The position numbers and the translations under genes are program-made. Below, piece after piece: positions 59,772 to 64,000 of a stretch of 64,000 bases of DNA. How positions within the stretch are numbered: the stretch's first letter is position 1; each line of letters starts with the position of its first letter. Source of the DNA: a virus; IMG/VR virus record IMGVR_UViG_3300029723_000002, positions 1-64,000 of that record. One strand, written 5' to 3'. A model generated the notes under the pieces. The model saw only the letters and a list, made by a program, of their open reading frames with translations, searched no databases and was not told where the DNA came from.

Positions 59772-60910
59772 TGTTTGGAGTTGATAATTTATTTGAACAA
59801 ATAGAACGAGGTAGAGAAGGGAAAAATATTGGTTTGAGTACAGGAATGCCAAAAATGGATAGTTATACAGGTGGTCTACAAAAAAGCTGCTATACTCTAA
59901 TTTTTGGCTTGTCTGGGAGCGGTAAGTCCAGCTTTGTGCTATATACTCATATATATAGGCCGCTAAAAGATTATCCAGAAAAAAATATTAAACTAATTTA
60001 TTATTCTCTTGAAATGAGCGAAACTGTTTTATTAGCTAAGTTATTGTGTCTTTATATTTATGAGGAATATCATTATGTACTAAGCTATAAGGATATTATG
60101 TCTTGATCTGAAATACTAGATGACGAATCTTATGAATATGTTAAAAAAGGCAAAGCTTGGTTAAATTCGATTTCAGACAAGCTCATTATTTATGATAAAG
60201 CTTTAAACTCGAAGTTTTTTTATAAATCAATGAAGGACAATCTTGAACGTTGAGGGACATTTAAAGATTCGCCCGATGGAAGAAGAACAATTTATGTTAA
60301 AAATGATCCAGAACAGTTTGTTGAAGCAATTATTGATCATATAGGTTTAGTAAGACCATCACCAGGTAGTACTAAAAAACAAGAAATTGATGAATTGTCA
60401 ACATATGCAGTATCATTAAGGGAAAAATGTTCATGCTCTTTCTGTGTGTTAATGCAAGAAAATAGAAATTCTTCTGATATGGATAGAAGAAAAGCTGATT
60501 TAACAGAAAGCAGTGCTGAAGATATCAAGGATTCAGGTAACCCATATAATGATTCAGAAGTATGTATTGCGATATATAATCCATTAAAACATAAATTAAC
60601 TTCTCATAGAGGATATCCAATTATTGTTGAAGACAGTCAACCAGGAGCATTTATTGGTCTTAGAGATCGATATAGATCAGCCATTTTAATTAAAAATAGA
60701 TTTGGAGAGGCTGATAGATTAGTTCCATTAAATTTTTTTGGCGAAATTGGACTCTTTAAAGAACTACCAAAAGTTCAAGAATGTTCAGACTGAAAAGATT
60801 ATTGTTATTTAAAAGATAACATTAGAAAAAAGAATAAGGAAGAAAAAGATTCAACTACTAAAGAAGTAGAAGTAAAAGATAGTTCAAAAAAGTTAACATA
60901 CAGTTTTTAA
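59771..60910 (+). CDS. DnaB-like replicative helicase C-terminal (RecA-fold) domain protein (379 aa), 3 in-frame TGA
   Basis: GLSTGMPKMDSYTGGLQKSCYTLIFGLSGSGKSSFVL matches the DnaB H1/Walker A region. Continues in frame through track ORF 60395..60793. Confidence 0.5.
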
Positions 60911-60912
60911 AT

Positions 60913-62756
60913 ATGGCTATCGAATTACCAAAAACAAAAATTCCTGCAGCAACCCAAGATCCTAAGTATCTGATTCTCTTTGGTTTGCCAAAGGTCAATC
61001 TGGCCCATTAGTTTAGTAATAGACTAAGTTGTATCGGGGAAAGTCGATGAATGCTAAAATTTTCTTACTTTGGTATTGGAATATACGGAAAATTTAACTA
61101 TATTTGTGTAGTTAAATTAAAAATTATATGAAAATAAACCAATTAAAGTATACAGAACAAGAAATTAAAAAGTTTGGTGAATATTATAAGTTAGGCCATT
61201 CTTTAAAAGAAACTGCAGAATATTTTAATGTTAATTATCACACATTAAAACAAAATTTGATACGATTTGGATATAGAACTCCAATAAAAAAATTAAGTAA
61301 CCAAAGAGTAACTAGTATTACTTATTTTGATTGTATTGACACTCATGAGAAAGCCTATTTTTTAGGACTGTTATTTGCAGATGGATACATTTCAAAAACT
61401 CCTTATGGAGTTAATATTGGAATTGCTCTTCAGTTACAAGATAAATATATCTTAGAGCATTTAAAGAGAGAAATTAATGTGTCAAATAAAATTTCAGATT
61501 ATAAAAACAGTTCAAAATTTTCTGTAACATGCCAACATATGTATAAGATACTAAGGAGTTTAGGGATAAAAGAAAATAAATCACATCTAGATTACAAAAT
61601 TCCTAATATTGATGAAAATTTTATCAATTCTTTTATACTTGGATATTTTGATGGAGACGGTTGTATAACTATAAAATCTACGGGCTATAGCGTTGTTTCT
61701 ATTTGCTGTAACTCTAAATTATTTTTAGAAGATATACAAAAATATTTAAATAAGTTAAATATTGCAACCCGACCTATTACTACAGAAAAAAGAATGCATA
61801 ATAATTTATTTGTTCTATATCTTTCAAAGAAAGAAAATCAGTTAAAATTTATGAATTTAATTTATAAAAATAGTAATATATTTTTACAAAGAAAATACCG
61901 TAAATTTTTGCAAATATCGAGCTAACTATTATAATAATATATAATAGTAGTGTAACGCGTAGGAAGTGAACCTGTTTTACAGAATATAATCTTCCCAAGA
62001 GTCTCCGAAACTTTTATTAAAAGTTTAAAATGTACGCTGAACTTATAGGAAACTATAAGAACTATAGGATAAAAAGCCTATAGGATAACAATTTGTGGAA
62101 AAACTACAATTTTAAGCACTCTAGAAAATAATCTAATTTTAGATACTGAATCAGGAAGTGATTATATTGATGCTTTAAAGGTTAAAGTATCTAGTGTAAA
62201 GGATATTAAGGAAGTTTGTAAAGCTATTATTGAGGCCAAAAGACCTTATAAGTACATTACTATTGATACTGTTACTGCATTGGAAGAAATTGTTAAACCA
62301 TTAGCCCTTAATTTATATAAAAACTCTCCTGTATTTGGAGAGAGGTTTGCTGATATAACTGATGTTACTGCTCTTCCTAATGGTCAGGGATATATGTGAA
62401 GTCGACAAGCTCTTGAAATGGTTATTGACATGGTATCTAAATGTGCTCCAAATATTATTTTATGTGGTCATGTTAAAGATGTATCATTAAATGAGGGTCT
62501 TGATGGCAGTGTTAAGGATTTAGACCTGACAGGTAAAGTTAAACGTATTCTTTCTGCTAGAAGTGATGCTATTGGTTTTTGTCATCGCGATACTAATGGT
62601 AACCTTTGTATTAATTTTGGTGGGGATGGTGAGATCCTTACTGGTTCAAGATGTCAACACCTAGCAGGTAAAGATATTATTGTAGCAGAGCGTCAGGAAG
62701 ATGGTTCATTTGTTTCACATTGGAATAGGATTTTTCCTTCATTAAGCAGTAAATAA
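60913..62756 (+). CDS. Sak4-like (AAA_24/RecA-like) recombination ATPase, split gene: exon 1 60913..60995, group I intron, exon 2 62096..62756; 1 in-frame TGA in exon 2
   Basis: Exon 1 is MAIELPKTKIPAATQDPKYLILFGLPK(gt|). Exon 2 is (t)GKTTILSTLENNLILDTESGSDY... The splice restores the Walker A GLPKVGKTT. The 5' exon ends with U and the intron ends with G. Confidence 0.55.
60996..62095 (+). mobile_element. group I intron carrying a LAGLIDADG homing endonuclease
   Basis: Its 5' segment resembles that of the intron at 53263 (caatctggccca... against agatttctgcctggct...). Shared core motifs gtgtaacgcgtag (61955) and aaaatgtacgctgaact (62029). Ends ...gataacaatttg. Confidence 0.55.
61128..61925 (+). 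CDS. intron-encoded LAGLIDADG homing endonuclease (265 aa)
   Basis: Two LAGLIDADG-type motifs: LLFADGYISK and ILGYFDGDGCITIK. Confidence 0.65.
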   Translation: MKINQLKYTEQEIKKFGEYYKLGHSLKETAEYFNVNYHTLKQNLIRFGYRTPIKKLSNQRVTSITYFDCIDTHEKAYFLGLLFADGYISKTPYGVNIGIALQLQDKYILEHLKREINVSNKISDYKNSSKFSVTCQHMYKILRSLGIKENKSHLDYKIPNIDENFINSFILGYFDGDGCITIKSTGYSVVSICCNSKLFLEDIQKYLNKLNIATRPITTEKRMHNNLFVLYLSKKENQLKFMNLIYKNSNIFLQRKYRKFLQISS

Positions 62757-62758
62757 TT

Positions 62759-63214
62759 ATGTTAAAAATTTCTTTTGATTTTGATGAAACAACTAATTCA
62801 GTTACTAATGTTAAGGTTGTAAAAACCGCATCAAAATTTGAGAATTTAGACCTACCTATAGTAGAATTGGGAGATAGTAAGTTAATTATGTCTCCTAAAA
62901 CAATTGAGTTGTTATCTGCCCAAATTGGGGATAGAATATCAGTAAATTATATTCAAAAAAATAACGAACTCACTTTTCCTGTGATAGGCAAATCTGAAGT
63001 ATTTACAGATAAAGAAGCAGGAAATAAATTAAGTAAGACAAACACAGTTTCATTTAGAGGATCACAAAAAACCTGTTTATCTCAATATGGCAACTTATTT
63101 AAATTAGAAGCCTTAAGGTCAGGAGTTTTTAAAATGGTTAAAATTGAAGAATCAGAATTGTCTGAAGCTGATCCTGAATTTAAAGAAGAAACTGAAATTT
63201 TAAACACAATTTAA
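62759..63214 (+). CDS. hypothetical protein
   Basis: Track ORF. Confidence 0.45.
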   Translation: MLKISFDFDETTNSVTNVKVVKTASKFENLDLPIVELGDSKLIMSPKTIELLSAQIGDRISVNYIQKNNELTFPVIGKSEVFTDKEAGNKLSKTNTVSFRGSQKTCLSQYGNLFKLEALRSGVFKMVKIEESELSEADPEFKEETEILNTI

Positions 63215-63230
63215 CTAAATTATAGAATTT

Positions 63231-63902
63231 ATGAGTATGTTCAATCTTGGTGGTGTAAAAGACGCCCGTGTAGTAAGTACTAATTATCTTAAACCTGGTA
63301 TTCATCAAGTTGTATTCAAAGGAATCCAAAAGGCAGAAATGTCTGATGCAACTATAAATGCTATTGAACTTCAATTTGAAGCAGTAGATGGTAGTGGGAT
63401 TCATAACGAACGTTTATTTGAACCTCGTTCAACAGAACGTGTTCCTAATCGATTTAATCCTTCTAATGAAGATCCATCACAAGCTGAACAATTTATGGTA
63501 AAAATTAAGCAAGTGATTGAAGCTTTAGACCCAGAATTAGGAAAACAAATTAATGAAAATGGTGAGAAATTTTCAGCTCCTGATTTTAATGGGTTTTTGA
63601 AGCTTCTGAAGAAATATTTGGACCCAAAAGTAGGCACTAAAACTTATATTAAATTAGTTCCTAATGGACGTTATGCAGGATTTCCTGGATTCCCTGCTCG
63701 TTGCTCAAAAGATGGAGGATTAATTATTACAACTACATTTATAGGAGAAAATTTGGTTCTCTCTTCTTATGAAAAGACACAAATTGATAATGCTTTAGCA
63801 GCTAAACCCACTCCTATGGGTACTAAAAATGAACTTGATGATTTAAAAGAAGCATTTCCTAGTGTAGACTCAGGTGATGATTCTGATGATTTGCCTTTCT
63901 AA
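63231..63902 (+). CDS. ssb: single-stranded DNA-binding protein with acidic C-terminal tail
   Basis: The C-terminus ...SVDSGDDSDDLPF matches the SSB amphipathic DDD(I/L)PF tail. It sits in the replication module after the helicase and Sak4 genes. Confidence 0.5.
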   Translation: MSMFNLGGVKDARVVSTNYLKPGIHQVVFKGIQKAEMSDATINAIELQFEAVDGSGIHNERLFEPRSTERVPNRFNPSNEDPSQAEQFMVKIKQVIEALDPELGKQINENGEKFSAPDFNGFLKLLKKYLDPKVGTKTYIKLVPNGRYAGFPGFPARCSKDGGLIITTTFIGENLVLSSYEKTQIDNALAAKPTPMGTKNELDDLKEAFPSVDSGDDSDDLPF

Positions 63903-64000
63903 AAAAAAAATAGTTTAGGTGGAATATACGTTAGAACCGATTATTATAACTAAAGACCTAATTCTAAATAAAGTAAGTGAGGAGACCTTAATGGAGCACT

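Noticed and set aside
1-64000. Alternative explanation: the host is a genuine code-4 organism (Mycoplasma/Spiroplasma-like), so TGA readthrough is unremarkable
   Set aside because: The lipoprotein signal (..IGFTSC) and gene content look Bacteroidota-like. TGA is absent from long gene blocks and clustered in others. The element carries its own UCA tRNA. This alternative is not excluded without host data and is kept as a caveat.
1-64000. TGA = Gly (code 25) or TGA = Sec
   Set aside because: All checked positions align to conserved Trp in RNase H, glucosaminidase and HNH. The decoding tRNA has a Trp-like body and G73. No SECIS-like context or selenoprotein families were seen.
1-64000. CRISPR arrays, rRNA genes, IS elements
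   Set aside because: No regularly spaced identical repeats with unique spacers. No rRNA-like conserved segments. No transposase-like ORFs or terminal inverted repeats were seen. The only mobile elements are the intron and homing endonuclease units.

Overview
This window is an AT-rich (about 28-30% GC), densely coded double-stranded DNA phage region. It carries phage-typical genes: a lysis cassette with an M15 peptidase, a large virion peptidoglycan hydrolase, a PD-(D/E)XK nuclease, several HNH and one LAGLIDADG homing endonucleases, AAA+ ATPases, a MoxR-like ATPase with a VWA partner, RNase H, a DnaB-like helicase, an SF2 helicase, a Sak4-like ATPase and an SSB. The dominant signal is stop-codon recoding. 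Dozens of conserved protein alignments are interrupted only by in-frame TGA, and these fall on conserved Trp positions (for example the RNase H DLW and WVKGH motifs, the glucosaminidase ESGWG motif and the HNH GQGWNK motif). A tRNA with anticodon UCA (48693..48763, Trp-like body, G73 discriminator) is encoded in the window. The six-frame ORF track uses standard stops and therefore fragments many real genes. I re-joined the fragments where I could verify that a TGA was in frame. TGA-containing genes are clustered: the minus-strand block at 1..8200, the lysis cassette, the homing endonucleases and the replication module at 50300..62800. Long blocks lack TGA entirely. Other notable content is listed below.
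- At least 19 tRNA or tRNA-like genes, several with non-canonical features.
- A candidate tmRNA with a G3:U70 acceptor stem and a tag reading frame ending AYAA-stop.
- Three group I introns carrying homing endonuclease genes: one in a tRNA-Leu(UAA) gene at the canonical U34/A35 site, one in a ferritin-like gene and one in the Sak4-like ATPase gene.
- A fourth tRNA gene split by a 126-nt insertion.
- A roughly 45% GC island (10.6..12.9 kb) with paralogous genes and strong intrinsic terminators.
- Iteron-like repeats upstream of a Rep-like gene, and palindromic operator-like sites.
- A methylglyoxal synthase homolog.
- Tandem paralog arrays.
A Bacteroidota-like host is suggested by an SPFH lipoprotein with the signal MKKILLLMAIAIIGFTSC. 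All coordinates and calls were worked out by eye from the sequence. Boundaries of TGA-containing genes were checked codon by codon only where stated.
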